Below, piece after piece: positions 18,261 to 27,407 of a stretch of DNA of 43,424 nt. The stretch spans positions 1 to 43,424 of the forward strand of contig JANRJP010000036.1 in assembly GCA_033763905.1 (NCBI GenBank). Direction: 5' to 3'. Each line of letters starts with the position of its first letter. The stretch's first letter is position 1. This DNA comes from Gemmatimonadaceae bacterium. GTDB lineage: Bacteria > Gemmatimonadota > Gemmatimonadetes > Gemmatimonadales > Gemmatimonadaceae. Below the pieces are notes generated by a model. The model saw only the letters and a program-made list of their open reading frames with translations. It searched no databases and was not told the DNA's origin. The position numbers and the translations under genes are program-made.

Positions 18261-19349
18261 TCAACCGCGCGGCGTGGTGAGTCGCGTGGCAATGCGACGG
18301 GCCGACGTTGCGTCGGTCGTGATCAGGGGAATGTGCAGGTCGTGCAGCACGGCCTGGATGCCGCGAAGCACAGCGTCTCGCGCCGTGGCGTGCAGCGGGA
18401 AATCGGCGGACGGGACCCAGTACACCGTCTCGAACTCGAGGCCTTCCGGTGTCGGCGCGCGCAGGCCGGCCCGCTCGAAGCGGAGACCACCCACCGACTC
18501 GATGGTATCGCGGATCCGCGTCGGCAAGGCGGCGAGCGCGTCCGGCGTCGCCGCCGGATCGAGCGTGTGCACAAAGAGCACGCGACGTTCGGTGCGCCGC
18601 TGCAAGTTGCGAATCCGCGCCTTGAGCAGTTCCGCATTGGCGAAGACGATCTGCTCGCCATCCAGCGCCCGCACGCGCGTCGTCTTGAGACCGATGTGCT
18701 CGACCGTGCCTTCGAAGGCATCGACCGCGATCGCATCGCCGACTTCGAACGGCTTGTCGAGGACGATGCTGAGCGAGGCCAGGACGTCGCCCAGCACGTT
18801 CTGCACCGCCAGCGCCACGGCAATACCGGTGACCCCGAGGCCGGTGACGAGCGCCGAGATGTTGATGCCGACGTTGTCGAGCGCCACCAGCACCAGCACC
18901 ATCCAGACGCCGATGCGTCCCGCCAGCGATGCCGCCTCGATTGCGGTGCGGCCGGAGTTACCGCGGGTGTCCAGGGTGCGGGCCAGCCACAGACGCCACA
19001 GCGCATTCGACCAGAGGCCGATCTGCCACAGCGTCAGCAGCAGCAGGCCGTGTCGAACCGCACTGGCGGCACGCGTCGGCAGCGGCACCAGTGCGAGCGC
19101 GATGCTGGCCGCCACCACCACGAGGTACCAGCCGCGGGTGCGCCGCAGGATCTCGACGATCGCGTCGTCGATGACCGTCTCGGTGCGGGTCGCGACGGCG
19201 TCGAGCCGCTGGACGAGCGCGCGGCGGCCGAAGCTCAGCGCGACCCACGCCGCAGCGCCGGCCGCGGCCCCAGTCAGCCAGGTCCCGACCGGAATGCCGA
19301 CCAGCTCGAGGTCGAGGAACTGTTGCGGGAGGTCGCGCATCGTCAACAT
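18261..19349 (-). CDS. Small-conductance mechanosensitive channel (MscS family)
   Basis: '[18 protein letters not shown]', '[10 protein letters not shown]', '[14 protein letters not shown]...GEQIVFAN'. Confidence 0.92.
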   Translation of the reverse strand: MLTMRDLPQQFLDLELVGIPVGTWLTGAAAGAAAWVALSFGRRALVQRLDAVATRTETVIDDAIVEILRRTRGWYLVVVAASIALALVPLPTRAASAVRHGLLLLTLWQIGLWSNALWRLWLARTLDTRGNSGRTAIEAASLAGRIGVWMVLVLVALDNVGINISALVTGLGVTGIAVALAVQNVLGDVLASLSIVLDKPFEVGDAIAVDAFEGTVEHIGLKTTRVRALDGEQIVFANAELLKARIRNLQRRTERRVLFVHTLDPAATPDALAALPTRIRDTIESVGGLRFERAGLRAPTPEGLEFETVYWVPSADFPLHATARDAVLRGIQAVLHDLHIPLITTDATSARRIATRLTTPRG

Positions 19350-19365
19350 CAGCCGGTGTAATCTA

Positions 19366-19404
19366 CTCGGTCCCGGTCCGGCGAACCGGGAACCGGGGTC
19401 CGAG
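19366..19404. other. Imperfect inverted repeat in the divergent mscS/msrP intergenic region
   Basis: CTCGG-t-CCCGGT-CCGG [CGAA] CCGG-ga-ACCGGG-gt-CCGAG. Confidence 0.5.
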
Positions 19405-19453
19405 CGTTAGAGTAGAGCCAGACGACCCCGCGCCTTCCCTTTCGTCACCGCCG

Positions 19454-20401
19454 ATGCTCATCCGTCCCGCCACCGACCTTCCCTCGTCCGACATCACCCC
19501 CGAATCGGCCTACCTGGACCGCCGGTCGTTTCTCGGGCGCTCGGCCGGTGCGCTGGCGCTCGCGGCGCTGGCCCCTCGCGCCCTGCCCGCGATGGAGTCA
19601 GGCGTCGCACAGCAAATCGGCAAGGTCACGCAAGGCGAAGACCTGCGCGCGGAGCTTACGCCGTACGATGACGTGACCACGTACAACAACTACTACGAGT
19701 TCGGGACCGACAAGTCGGACCCTGCCGAGTACTCGAAGGATTTCAAGACCAAGCCGTGGACGGTCAAGGTCGATGGGCTGGTGAAGAAGCCCTTCGACCT
19801 GCAGCTCGAAGACCTGATCAAGCCGTTCAAGCTCGAGGACCGCATCTACCGGCACCGCTGCGTCGAGGCCTGGTCGATGGTGATCCCGTGGCAGGGGTTT
19901 CCGATGGCCGACTTGATCCGCAAGTGCGACCCGCTCCCCGGGGCGAAGTTCGTGAGCTTCCAGACGCTCTTCGACCCGAAGCAGATGCCCGGACAGCGTC
20001 GCGCGATCCTGGCCTGGCCGTATGTCGAAGGCCTGCGCCTCGACGAGGCGATGCATCCCCTCTCGTTCGTCGCCACCGGCGTGTACGGGAAAACGATGCT
20101 GCCGCAGAACGGCGCGCCGCTTCGCACGGTCACGCCGTGGAAATACGGCTTCAAGGCGGCCAAGAGCGTGGTGCGCATCACGTTCTCTTCCACGATGCCG
20201 AAGACCACCTGGAGCGAGGCCATCCCGCAGGAGTACGGCTTCTACGCAAACGTGAACCCGGAAGTCGATCACCCGCGCTGGAGTCAGGCGAAGGAGCGCC
20301 GCATCGGCGAGTTCCGTCGTCGCGAGACGCTGCCCTTCAATGGCTACGCGGCGCAGGTGGCGTCGCTCTACAGCGGGATGGATCTCCGCCGCAACTACTG
20401 A
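19454..20401 (+). CDS. msrP: Periplasmic methionine sulfoxide reductase, Mo catalytic subunit
   Basis: '[16 protein letters not shown]' Tat signal, '[13 protein letters not shown]', '[14 protein letters not shown]', 'PQNGAPLR...PWKYGFK', '[19 protein letters not shown]'. Confidence 0.96.
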   Translation: MLIRPATDLPSSDITPESAYLDRRSFLGRSAGALALAALAPRALPAMESGVAQQIGKVTQGEDLRAELTPYDDVTTYNNYYEFGTDKSDPAEYSKDFKTKPWTVKVDGLVKKPFDLQLEDLIKPFKLEDRIYRHRCVEAWSMVIPWQGFPMADLIRKCDPLPGAKFVSFQTLFDPKQMPGQRRAILAWPYVEGLRLDEAMHPLSFVATGVYGKTMLPQNGAPLRTVTPWKYGFKAAKSVVRITFSSTMPKTTWSEAIPQEYGFYANVNPEVDHPRWSQAKERRIGEFRRRETLPFNGYAAQVASLYSGMDLRRNY

Positions 20402-20403
20402 CC

Positions 20404-21048
20404 GTGTCGTCCGTGGCCGGGAGCGGACCGGTGGAGGCGCTGCGCGCGTTCACCGCCCCGCGGTGGCTCAAGCCGCTCGCGTTCGTGCTGGCGTGCGCAC
20501 CGATCGCGTGGATCGTCGGCGCGGTGCTCAGCGATCTGTTCGCGGGCACGCGACTCCTCGGCTCCAACCCGATCAAGCGCGCCGAGCACTTCAGCGGCGA
20601 ATGGGGCATCCGCTTTCTGCTCCTGTCGCTCGCGGTGACGCCGACGCGGCAACTGCTGGGCTGGAACTGGCTCGCCAGTTGGCGGAAGATGCTCGGCCTC
20701 TTCGCGTTCGCGATGATCAGCGTGCATCTGCTCGCGTGGGCGGCGCTTGATATGGAGCTCAACCTGCAGGATGTCGTCGAGGATCTCGTCGACCGATGGT
20801 ACATCATCATCGGGATGACGGCATTCACCCTGCTCGTTCCGCTCGCGATCACTTCGACCACCGGCTGGATCAAGCGACTCGGCAAGCGCTGGGTGACGCT
20901 GCATTTGCTCGTCTTCCCGGCGACGTTGCTTGGTCTGGTACATTTCGGCATGGCGCTCAAGAAGGATCTGATCGAGGTCGTCCCGTACGCCGCGGCGGCG
21001 GCGGCGCTGGTGGCTTGGCGGGTCGTGCGGCGCACTCGGACGGCGTGA
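20404..21048 (+). CDS. msrQ: MsrPQ heme-binding membrane subunit
   Basis: 'NPI...HFSGEW', 'LAVTP', 'RKMLGLFAF...VH', 'PLAITS', 'LGKRWVTLH.LVF', 'VHF'; directly after msrP. Confidence 0.9.
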   Translation: MSSVAGSGPVEALRAFTAPRWLKPLAFVLACAPIAWIVGAVLSDLFAGTRLLGSNPIKRAEHFSGEWGIRFLLLSLAVTPTRQLLGWNWLASWRKMLGLFAFAMISVHLLAWAALDMELNLQDVVEDLVDRWYIIIGMTAFTLLVPLAITSTTGWIKRLGKRWVTLHLLVFPATLLGLVHFGMALKKDLIEVVPYAAAAAALVAWRVVRRTRTA

Positions 21049-21413
21049 CCGGCGCCGAGCGGCGCCAACGGCTCGGGCTCGCGATGACGGCCGCTGGTGC
21101 CGCGCTCGCGGCCGTCGCGTTCGTCGCGGCGCTGCTTGGCGCGGCCACGCTGGCCCCGTGGGGGCTCGCCGGCGGCATCGCACTGCTGACCGGCGGGATG
21201 TTCGCCCTGCGCGCAGGCGCCGGCCGGCTCGAGGGCCGCGTGGCGATCGGCATCACGATGCTCTGCCTCGCGGCCTTCGCGCTGGCGCTCACGGCGTCGC
21301 GCGACGCATCGGGGCGCGTGCCGCTCGCCACCTGGTGGATTGCCGCGTTGCTCCTGGGCGTCCCGGGCGTGGTGCTCCCGTTGGCGTGGCGTCGGTTGAT
21401 GGACCGCTCGTGA
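21045..21413 (+). CDS. Small hydrophobic membrane protein (about 4 TM)
   Basis: GTGA overlaps with both msrQ and the SSS gene; very hydrophobic, Ala/Leu/Gly-rich. Confidence 0.6.
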   Translation: MTGAERRQRLGLAMTAAGAALAAVAFVAALLGAATLAPWGLAGGIALLTGGMFALRAGAGRLEGRVAIGITMLCLAAFALALTASRDASGRVPLATWWIAALLLGVPGVVLPLAWRRLMDRS

Positions 21414-22867
21414 ATTCGATGCCGGGCTTCGGCGCGATGCGGCCGATGCTGATTGGCGTGATGCTCGCGTACTTGGCGGTCATCGCGGCCGTCGCCGTGT
21501 GGGCGTCGCGCCGAACGAGTACCACGAGTGACTATTTCGCCGCCGGTCGTCGGCTCGGTCTGTGGACGCTGTCGATCTCGTCGATGGCCGCGACGCTGTC
21601 GGGCTTCGCGTTCATCGGCGGGCCGGGGCTGGTCTATCGGCTCGGGATGGGCGCCGTATGGATCGTCCTGCCGGTCACGATTACGGGCACGCTCAGCGCC
21701 TGGGTCCTGGCCGAGCCGCTGCGGCGATACGCGGAAACGCACGGTGCGGTCACGATTCCCGGGGTGCTCCGGGCGCGCTATCAATCGCCGGTGGTGCAGG
21801 GCGTGGCGGCGGTGGCGATTGCACTCGCGGTGATCGCCTACACGGCGACCAACACGCTTGCGCTGGGCCTGGTCCTCGAGGCGGTGCTCGGGCTCGACCG
21901 TGCACCGGCGCTGTGGCTTGGCGCCGGCATCACGCTCGCCTATTCGGTCGCGGGGGGCATTCTGGCCGGCGTATACGCCGATATGGTGCAGGGTGCGGTG
22001 ATGGCGGTTGCGAGCGTGCTCATCTGCTGGTGGGTCTGGGCGGCCGGCGAACGCGTGGGCGGCTTCGGCGCCGCCATCGGCGCGGCCGATGCCTCGTGGT
22101 TCACGCCATTCGGGACGATGTCGCCCTTCGCCGCGATGAGCCTCTTCTTCGTGTTCGGGCTGGGGACCCTCGGGCAACCGCACGTCCTGCACAAGTTTCT
22201 GATGGTGCGCGACCGGGCAGTCCTCCGCTGGTTCCCGTTGGTATCCAATGCGGCGATGCTGGTCTCGTTGCTGCTGTTCGTTGCGGTCGGTGTGGCGATG
22301 CGGGGCTTGGTGGCCGCGGGTGCCGAGGCCCCGCTCAGCCGCCCCGACGATGCGACGCCCATCTTTCTGCTGCATCACACGCCTCGGTTGGTCGCCGGGC
22401 TCGTCTTTGCCGCAACGGCGGCCGCGATCATGAGCACGGTGAACTCCTTCCTCTCGGTGGGTGCGGCGGCGCTGAGTCGGGATCTGCCCGAGGCGCTCGG
22501 GCGTCCCGCACCGGACACGCTCACGACCGCGCGCCTGTGGACGATCGGCATCGCGGTGGTGGCGGCCATCGTCGCGGCGGCGTCCGAGGCGGTGGTCGGC
22601 TTTCTTGGCATCTTCGGCTGGGGGCTCTTCGCCGCGGCACTCGTCCCGGCGCTCGCCCTCGGCCTCAACTGGCCGCAGGCCACGGCGCGCGCCGCCGCGG
22701 CGTCGATGCTGACTGGTGTGCTCGTCACCTTGGCCGTCGAGTCGGCGTCGTGGTTCAAGCAGGTGGCGTTGCCGCCGGGCGTCACCGGGACGGCGCTGGC
22801 ACTCGTCGCCTCGTTGTGCGTGTTCATCGGCGTGACCTTCACCTCGCCCGCGTCGACACATGCCTGA
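21410..22867 (+). CDS. Sodium:solute symporter family transporter (PutP/PanF-like)
   Basis: 'SDYFAAGRRLG', 'SGFAFIGGPG', 'YSVAGG', 'DMVQG', 'GQPHVLHKF', 'AAIMSTVNSFL'; many TM helices. Start uncertain (21410-21460). Confidence 0.9.
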   Translation: MNSMPGFGAMRPMLIGVMLAYLAVIAAVAVWASRRTSTTSDYFAAGRRLGLWTLSISSMAATLSGFAFIGGPGLVYRLGMGAVWIVLPVTITGTLSAWVLAEPLRRYAETHGAVTIPGVLRARYQSPVVQGVAAVAIALAVIAYTATNTLALGLVLEAVLGLDRAPALWLGAGITLAYSVAGGILAGVYADMVQGAVMAVASVLICWWVWAAGERVGGFGAAIGAADASWFTPFGTMSPFAAMSLFFVFGLGTLGQPHVLHKFLMVRDRAVLRWFPLVSNAAMLVSLLLFVAVGVAMRGLVAAGAEAPLSRPDDATPIFLLHHTPRLVAGLVFAATAAAIMSTVNSFLSVGAAALSRDLPEALGRPAPDTLTTARLWTIGIAVVAAIVAAASEAVVGFLGIFGWGLFAAALVPALALGLNWPQATARAAAASMLTGVLVTLAVESASWFKQVALPPGVTGTALALVASLCVFIGVTFTSPASTHA

Positions 22868-24014
22868 GCCGCGCGTGGCCTTTGCCGTCGCGGCGCCCGG
22901 GCTGTCGCCGATTCTGGAAGCGGAGGCCAAGGCGCTGGGGCTGTCGATCCTCGGGGCCGACGACGCGGGCGTGCGATTCGTGGGCGACGCCGCGTCGGTG
23001 CGACGCGCCAACCTGCATCTGCGCACCGCCACGCGCGTGCTCGTCCGCATCGCGGCGTTCGAGGCGCGTGGATTTCCGGAGTTGGAGCGCCGGGCGCGGC
23101 AGATCGTCTGGTCGCCCTGGCTGCTCCGCGGGACCGCCGTCCGGCTGCGGGTCACGAGCAAGAAGTCGAAGCTGTATCACACGGCCGCAATCGCCGAGCG
23201 CCTCGAGCACGTCTTGGCCGGGCACGGCGTGGAGGTGCATCGCGGCGTAGTCGCGGCAGACGAGGACGACGATACTCGAGACTCGGCGGAGCAGCTGCTG
23301 GTCGTGCGGGTCTATCGCGATGCGGTCACGATCTCCGCGGACGCCAGCGGCGCGCTGCTGCACCGGCGCGGCTGGCGACTCGCAACGGCCAAGGCGCCGA
23401 TGCGCGAGACGCTCGCGGCCGCGCTGCTGCACGCGAGTGGCTGGCCCGGCAACGTGCCGCTGGTCGATCCTTTGGCCGGTAGCGGCACGATTGGCATCGA
23501 GGCGGCCACGCTGGCTCGTGGGCTCGCACCCGGGTTGCATCGGCGCTTTGCCTTCGAACAGTGGCCCGAACACGACGCCGAGGCGTGGCAGTGGGAGCGT
23601 GATGCCGTGCGCGAGGCCGCGCTCCCGCGTGCCCCGGCGCCGATCGTACTGAACGATCGCGACGCTGGAGCCATTGCGGCCATTCGAGCCAACGCCGAGC
23701 GCGCCGGGGTGCTGGGGGACCTCGACATTCGTCACGGACCTGCGACCGCGGTGGAGTATCCGCTCGCGCGGGGCTGGATCGTGTCAAATCCGCCCTACGG
23801 CAAGCGGGTGACCGGGGGGGCCGACCTGCGCGACCTGTACGGTTCGCTCGGCCGTGCCTGGGCGCGCCGCGCGCCGGGGTGGCATCTTTCGCTGGTGTGC
23901 GAAGGACCGACGATGGCGCGAGGCTTCGGTATCCCGCTCGCGCCGCGCGTCACGACCCGCAATGGCGGCTTGGCCATCGCGTTCTGCAGTGGAGTCATTC
24001 CCGAGGAGATCTGA
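22860..24014 (+). CDS. THUMP-domain SAM-dependent RNA methyltransferase (RlmL/YpsC-like)
   Basis: 'ANLHLRTATRVL', 'DASGALLHRRGWR...APMRETLAAALL', 'DPLAGSGTIGIEAA', 'VSNPPYGKRV'. Confidence 0.9.
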   Translation: MPEPRVAFAVAAPGLSPILEAEAKALGLSILGADDAGVRFVGDAASVRRANLHLRTATRVLVRIAAFEARGFPELERRARQIVWSPWLLRGTAVRLRVTSKKSKLYHTAAIAERLEHVLAGHGVEVHRGVVAADEDDDTRDSAEQLLVVRVYRDAVTISADASGALLHRRGWRLATAKAPMRETLAAALLHASGWPGNVPLVDPLAGSGTIGIEAATLARGLAPGLHRRFAFEQWPEHDAEAWQWERDAVREAALPRAPAPIVLNDRDAGAIAAIRANAERAGVLGDLDIRHGPATAVEYPLARGWIVSNPPYGKRVTGGADLRDLYGSLGRAWARRAPGWHLSLVCEGPTMARGFGIPLAPRVTTRNGGLAIAFCSGVIPEEI

Positions 24015-24496
24015 TGGCGCGAGTCGAACAGGTCAGCATTTCGAACGGCGGCGTTCCCAAGCGCGCGATCCCCGAAGCCCGGGTGACGCGTGACGGCTTG
24101 GTGGGCGATTGGCAGAACGACCGCAAGCATCACGGTGGTCCGGATCGCGCCGTGTGTCTGATGTCGAGCGAGTTGATTGCCCGGCTCAACGGGGAAGGGC
24201 ATCCCATTGCCCCGGGGACGACGGGCGAGAATCTCACGCTCTCGGGCGTTGACTGGCCGACGCTCGAGCCCGGGGTGCGACTGCGGATCGACGGGGCGGA
24301 TCCGGTCGAGCTCGAAGTCGTCCGCTATGCGACGCCGTGCAAGACGATCAAGGAGTCATTTGCCGGCGGACAGTTCGAGCGGATCTCGCAGAAGACGCAT
24401 CCCGGTGAGAGCCGCATCTACACGCGCGTGCTGCGCGAAGGCGTGGTGCGGGTAGGTGATCCGGTGCAGATCCTGCCGGTCGCGGCGACTGCCTGA
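24014..24496 (+). CDS. MOSC domain protein (YiiM-like)
   Basis: 'GGVPK', 'GLVGD', '[11 protein letters not shown]', 'PGTTGENLT', 'PCKTI', '[11 protein letters not shown]'. Confidence 0.9.
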   Translation: MARVEQVSISNGGVPKRAIPEARVTRDGLVGDWQNDRKHHGGPDRAVCLMSSELIARLNGEGHPIAPGTTGENLTLSGVDWPTLEPGVRLRIDGADPVELEVVRYATPCKTIKESFAGGQFERISQKTHPGESRIYTRVLREGVVRVGDPVQILPVAATA

Positions 24497-24669
24497 TGGC
24501 GCGCAGCGCGCGCGTCAAAGGGCGTCCAGCGCCCGATGAGGATCGCCAACCCAAGCTTTGCGCGCGCTGCGGTCGTCCCTTCGAGTGGCGCAAAAAATGG
24601 GCGCGCGACTGGGCCACCGTGAAGTACTGCAGCGACAAGTGCCGAATGGGAAAAGCGGCGTCATCCTGA
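24496..24669 (+). CDS. DUF2256-family small Cys-rich protein (57 aa, absent from ORF track)
   Basis: Hand translation: [57 protein letters not shown]. 'CxxCGRPFxWRKKW..DW..VKYCSxxC' signature; TGATG coupling to the MOSC gene. Confidence 0.88.
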   Translation: MARSARVKGRPAPDEDRQPKLCARCGRPFEWRKKWARDWATVKYCSDKCRMGKAASS

Positions 24670-24682
24670 GGGATGACGCCGC
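24655..24682. terminator. Hairpin between convergent operons (probable bidirectional terminator)
   Basis: Perfect 12-bp stem GCGGCGTCATCC/GGATGACGCCGC, loop TGAG containing the DUF2256 stop; AAAA at 24651-24654 gives a U-tract on the minus strand. Confidence 0.75.
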
Positions 24683-24706
24683 GTGCTTGCGTCGCTGGCG
24701 GTCGGC

Positions 24707-25339
24707 TTAGCGTCGCGCGGCGCGCAACTGACGGTCGAGATCCGCCGCCAGGCGGAAATGCGCCCGAACCGTCGGCAGCACCTGCGTCAGCAGCGCCTTG
24801 AGTTCGGCGTTGCGCGTCGACGGGATCAGCGTGCCCTCGAGCGTTTCGAGCAGCATCGCGTGATAGCGGAGCTCGTTGGCCGCATACCAGCGGTTGAACT
24901 CCGCCCCGGTGAGTTCACGCAGGGTGTCGCGCTTGGCCTCGGCTTCGTCGCGCAGGTCGAGGGAGATCTGATTGTCCGCGGGGGTCAGACGGAGCTTCGT
25001 TGCCAGTTGGCCCGCGAGCGTGTTCACCCCTCCGTGATCGCGCTGCATCATTTCGCCGAACTGCTTGACGCGGCTGTCCGACGACTTCGCGGCGGCGATG
25101 CGACCGTAGCTGATGTCCATCTCGTTGGCGGCAATGACGATCGCGGCGATGTTCGCATCGCTCAAGGCGGCATTCGGCGCCGCACTCGGCGCCGGCGTCG
25201 GCGCGGCCCCCCGGGCGCCTCCCGCACTCGGTGCTGCGGCCGGTGGCGCCGAGGGTGGAGTCGGCGCTCGCTTCCGCCCAAAGCAGCCCACCACGGCCAG
25301 TGCCGCAACCGACAGAACCAGAGGCGTCCGCATCAACAT
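24707..25339 (-). CDS. DUF4142-family lipoprotein
   Basis: Lipobox 'VVGC', Pro/Ala tether, then 'SDANIAAIVIAANEMDI', 'VKQFGEMMQRDH', 'GAEFNRWY..NEL.YH', 'LIPS..NAELK', 'V.AH...A'. Confidence 0.85.
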   Translation of the reverse strand: MLMRTPLVLSVAALAVVGCFGRKRAPTPPSAPPAAAPSAGGARGAAPTPAPSAAPNAALSDANIAAIVIAANEMDISYGRIAAAKSSDSRVKQFGEMMQRDHGGVNTLAGQLATKLRLTPADNQISLDLRDEAEAKRDTLRELTGAEFNRWYAANELRYHAMLLETLEGTLIPSTRNAELKALLTQVLPTVRAHFRLAADLDRQLRAARR

Positions 25340-26634
25340 CAGAATTCCACTCCCGTCACGAAGTTGAGATGGCGCACGACCTGCGTACCGGCCGCATAGC
25401 CGGTCGCGATCCTGCGGTACGATACTCCGAAGAGCGGCAACCCGCCGGGTCGCCACGTTACGCTGCCCTCGCACTGCCGATTGTGGCGCCGGAGCGGGGT
25501 TTGGGCGTCATCGGGGTCCGACACGCCGCAGCCGCCAACGACCTGCAGCGCGTGCACGGGCGACAGGACGACTTGCGCCCAGCCCCCGACATCGCGAAGC
25601 GGGACGCCACCGGTCCCGAAGCTCTGCGACACGCCACCGCCGCCCAGCCCACGCAACGCCTCGCCGCGATACCACGTGCCCCGCACCTCCAGCCACTCCG
25701 CGAGCGGCGCGTGCAGCATCACACTCACGAGCTTGGAGGCGATCTGTTCACCGGTCGCGCGCTGCACCCAGCCATAGTGCGTCCCAACGCCGAGGAGTCC
25801 CGCGCGCTCGTCGTCACCCCACCGCAACGCCACACGCGCCTGCAGACTGGGCCGCTTGGCCCGTTCCGCCGCGTCGATCCGATCGACGCTGTCCGCGCTC
25901 ATCGCTTCCCCCGCCCACGGCGCGGTGACCGCCCCATCGAGGGCCAACCGAATCGGCCCCGTCGATTGCACGCCTGCGCGCACTTGTGGCAACCAGAACC
26001 AGAGGTGTCCCGCACCGGCAAACAGGGGCAACCCGATCGCCGACGTCGTGACCGGCACCACGTCGCTGGTGAGGGGCGTGTCCTGGCCGAGTCCCAACGA
26101 GCCGTGCGCCCACTGCACGGTCGCGGTGGCAATGCGGAGGCGAGGCTCGGGGAACTGGCGGCGGCCGCCGCTCCCATCCTGTACGCCGCCGAAGAGGTCG
26201 GCTTCGGCCCGCGCCGATACTTGGCCGCCCCACAGCGGCTGGCCGCGCAGCGACAGGGCGAACGTGGTCTGCCGGAAGCTGCCACCGGCCGAGCCCGAAA
26301 AGGCCTCCGGCGACCCGCCGGGTGGGGTCAACGGCGCCAAGGCGACGGTCGGGACGTCGTTCAGGTTGGCACGCCCGTCGGTCACGAACCCGTTGGCGAG
26401 GACGCGTCCGCTGAACGTCAGTTCCGCCGTGGACGAGGTGCCCGCCTTCTCCCGGGCGAGCTGCGCGACCTGCTGTCGCAGCATCTTGAGCAGTTCTTCG
26501 GTTCGCGCGATGCGATCCGCGACCGCCGCGAGCGAGTCGGCGAGGGAGTCGGCCCGCGTCTGGGCCTCCAGGGCTGTCCCGACGAGGGGCGACCCGAACA
26601 GGCCAGCGCCCAGGACAAGAAGTGTGATCCACAT
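25339..26634 (-). CDS. Putative outer-membrane beta-barrel/porin with N-terminal coiled coil
   Basis: Signal peptide 'LEAQ', coiled coil 'RIARTEELLKMLRQQVAQLARE', amphipathic strands, 'EADLFGG', 'PRLRIA', 'GHLWFWLPQVR', terminal beta-signal 'FVTGVEF'; TGATG-coupled to DUF4142. Confidence 0.75.
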   Translation of the reverse strand: MWITLLVLGAGLFGSPLVGTALEAQTRADSLADSLAAVADRIARTEELLKMLRQQVAQLAREKAGTSSTAELTFSGRVLANGFVTDGRANLNDVPTVALAPLTPPGGSPEAFSGSAGGSFRQTTFALSLRGQPLWGGQVSARAEADLFGGVQDGSGGRRQFPEPRLRIATATVQWAHGSLGLGQDTPLTSDVVPVTTSAIGLPLFAGAGHLWFWLPQVRAGVQSTGPIRLALDGAVTAPWAGEAMSADSVDRIDAAERAKRPSLQARVALRWGDDERAGLLGVGTHYGWVQRATGEQIASKLVSVMLHAPLAEWLEVRGTWYRGEALRGLGGGGVSQSFGTGGVPLRDVGGWAQVVLSPVHALQVVGGCGVSDPDDAQTPLRRHNRQCEGSVTWRPGGLPLFGVSYRRIATGYAAGTQVVRHLNFVTGVEF

Positions 26635-26671
26635 CCTTGACCGTTCACCCCCCCGATCCGTAGCCTCTGGA

Positions 26672-27376
26672 GTGATCCAATTGTCGTCTGGGCGTCGTCG
26701 CACGCTTGCTCTCCTGATTCGCGCCACCGTAGGCGCCTGCTGGGTTGCCCCCGCGTTGGGGGCCCAAGGGGCGGTGTCGGGGCAAGTCTCCATTGCCGAG
26801 CGTCCTGGCGAAAGTACTGACGATCTGGGCAACGCCGTCGTCACCCTGGAGGCGATCGGTGCCGCCCGCCCCCGGTTGGCGCCGACGAAGGCGCAGATCG
26901 CGATGGAACGCCGGCGCTTCACGCCGGGCGTGGCGGTCGTCACGCCCGGCAGCACGGTCGAGTTCCCGAACCGCGACGGCTTCGACCACAACATCTTCTC
27001 GAACGATCCCGGCTCGGAATTCGATGCCGGCCAGTACGGGCGCGGCGAGAGCTACGGCGTGACCTTCCGGAAGGCGGGGGTCGTGCCGGTGTTCTGCAAC
27101 ATTCACTCGCGGATGGTCGGACACGTGTACGTGACCGGGACGCCCTACGTGGCGCAGCCGTCGGTCGATGGTCGCTGGAGCATCGCGCGCGTGCCCGCCG
27201 GCAAGTATCTGCTCCGCGTGTGGCACAGCCGGACGCCCGCGCTCGAGCGGGAGATCGTCGTCGCCGCCAGTGGCGTCGATCTTGGCGCGACGCCGCTCGA
27301 CGCGCGCGGGTTCAAGTTCCTCGCGCACAAGAACAAGTTCGGACAAGACTACAAGTCCACCGGCGAGCGCTACTGA
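26672..27376 (+). CDS. Exported cupredoxin-domain protein with flanking carboxypeptidase-regulatory-like beta-sandwich
   Basis: Signal peptide 'ALGAQ'; 'FTPGVAVV..GSTVEFPNRDGFDHNIFS' and 'VFCNIHSRM' supply His/Cys/His/Met type-1 Cu ligands; 'DGRWSIARVPAGKY.LRVWH'. Start at GTG 26672 or TTG 26681. Confidence 0.82.
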   Translation: MIQLSSGRRRTLALLIRATVGACWVAPALGAQGAVSGQVSIAERPGESTDDLGNAVVTLEAIGAARPRLAPTKAQIAMERRRFTPGVAVVTPGSTVEFPNRDGFDHNIFSNDPGSEFDAGQYGRGESYGVTFRKAGVVPVFCNIHSRMVGHVYVTGTPYVAQPSVDGRWSIARVPAGKYLLRVWHSRTPALEREIVVAASGVDLGATPLDARGFKFLAHKNKFGQDYKSTGERY

Positions 27377-27407
27377 TGGGCGCGCGTCGGGACGCCCTCG
27401 CCCGCTC

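Noticed and set aside
24655..24682. GTCATCC...GGATGAC palindrome as a REP/MITE element
   Set aside because: Single short copy in the window and no transposase; adequately explained as a terminator.
25231..26671. Long plus-strand ORFs over the porin gene, and N-terminal extensions that make the porin and cupredoxin ORFs overlap
   Set aside because: Signal peptides place the starts at 26634 (-) and 26672/26681 (+); the extensions are antisense read-through.
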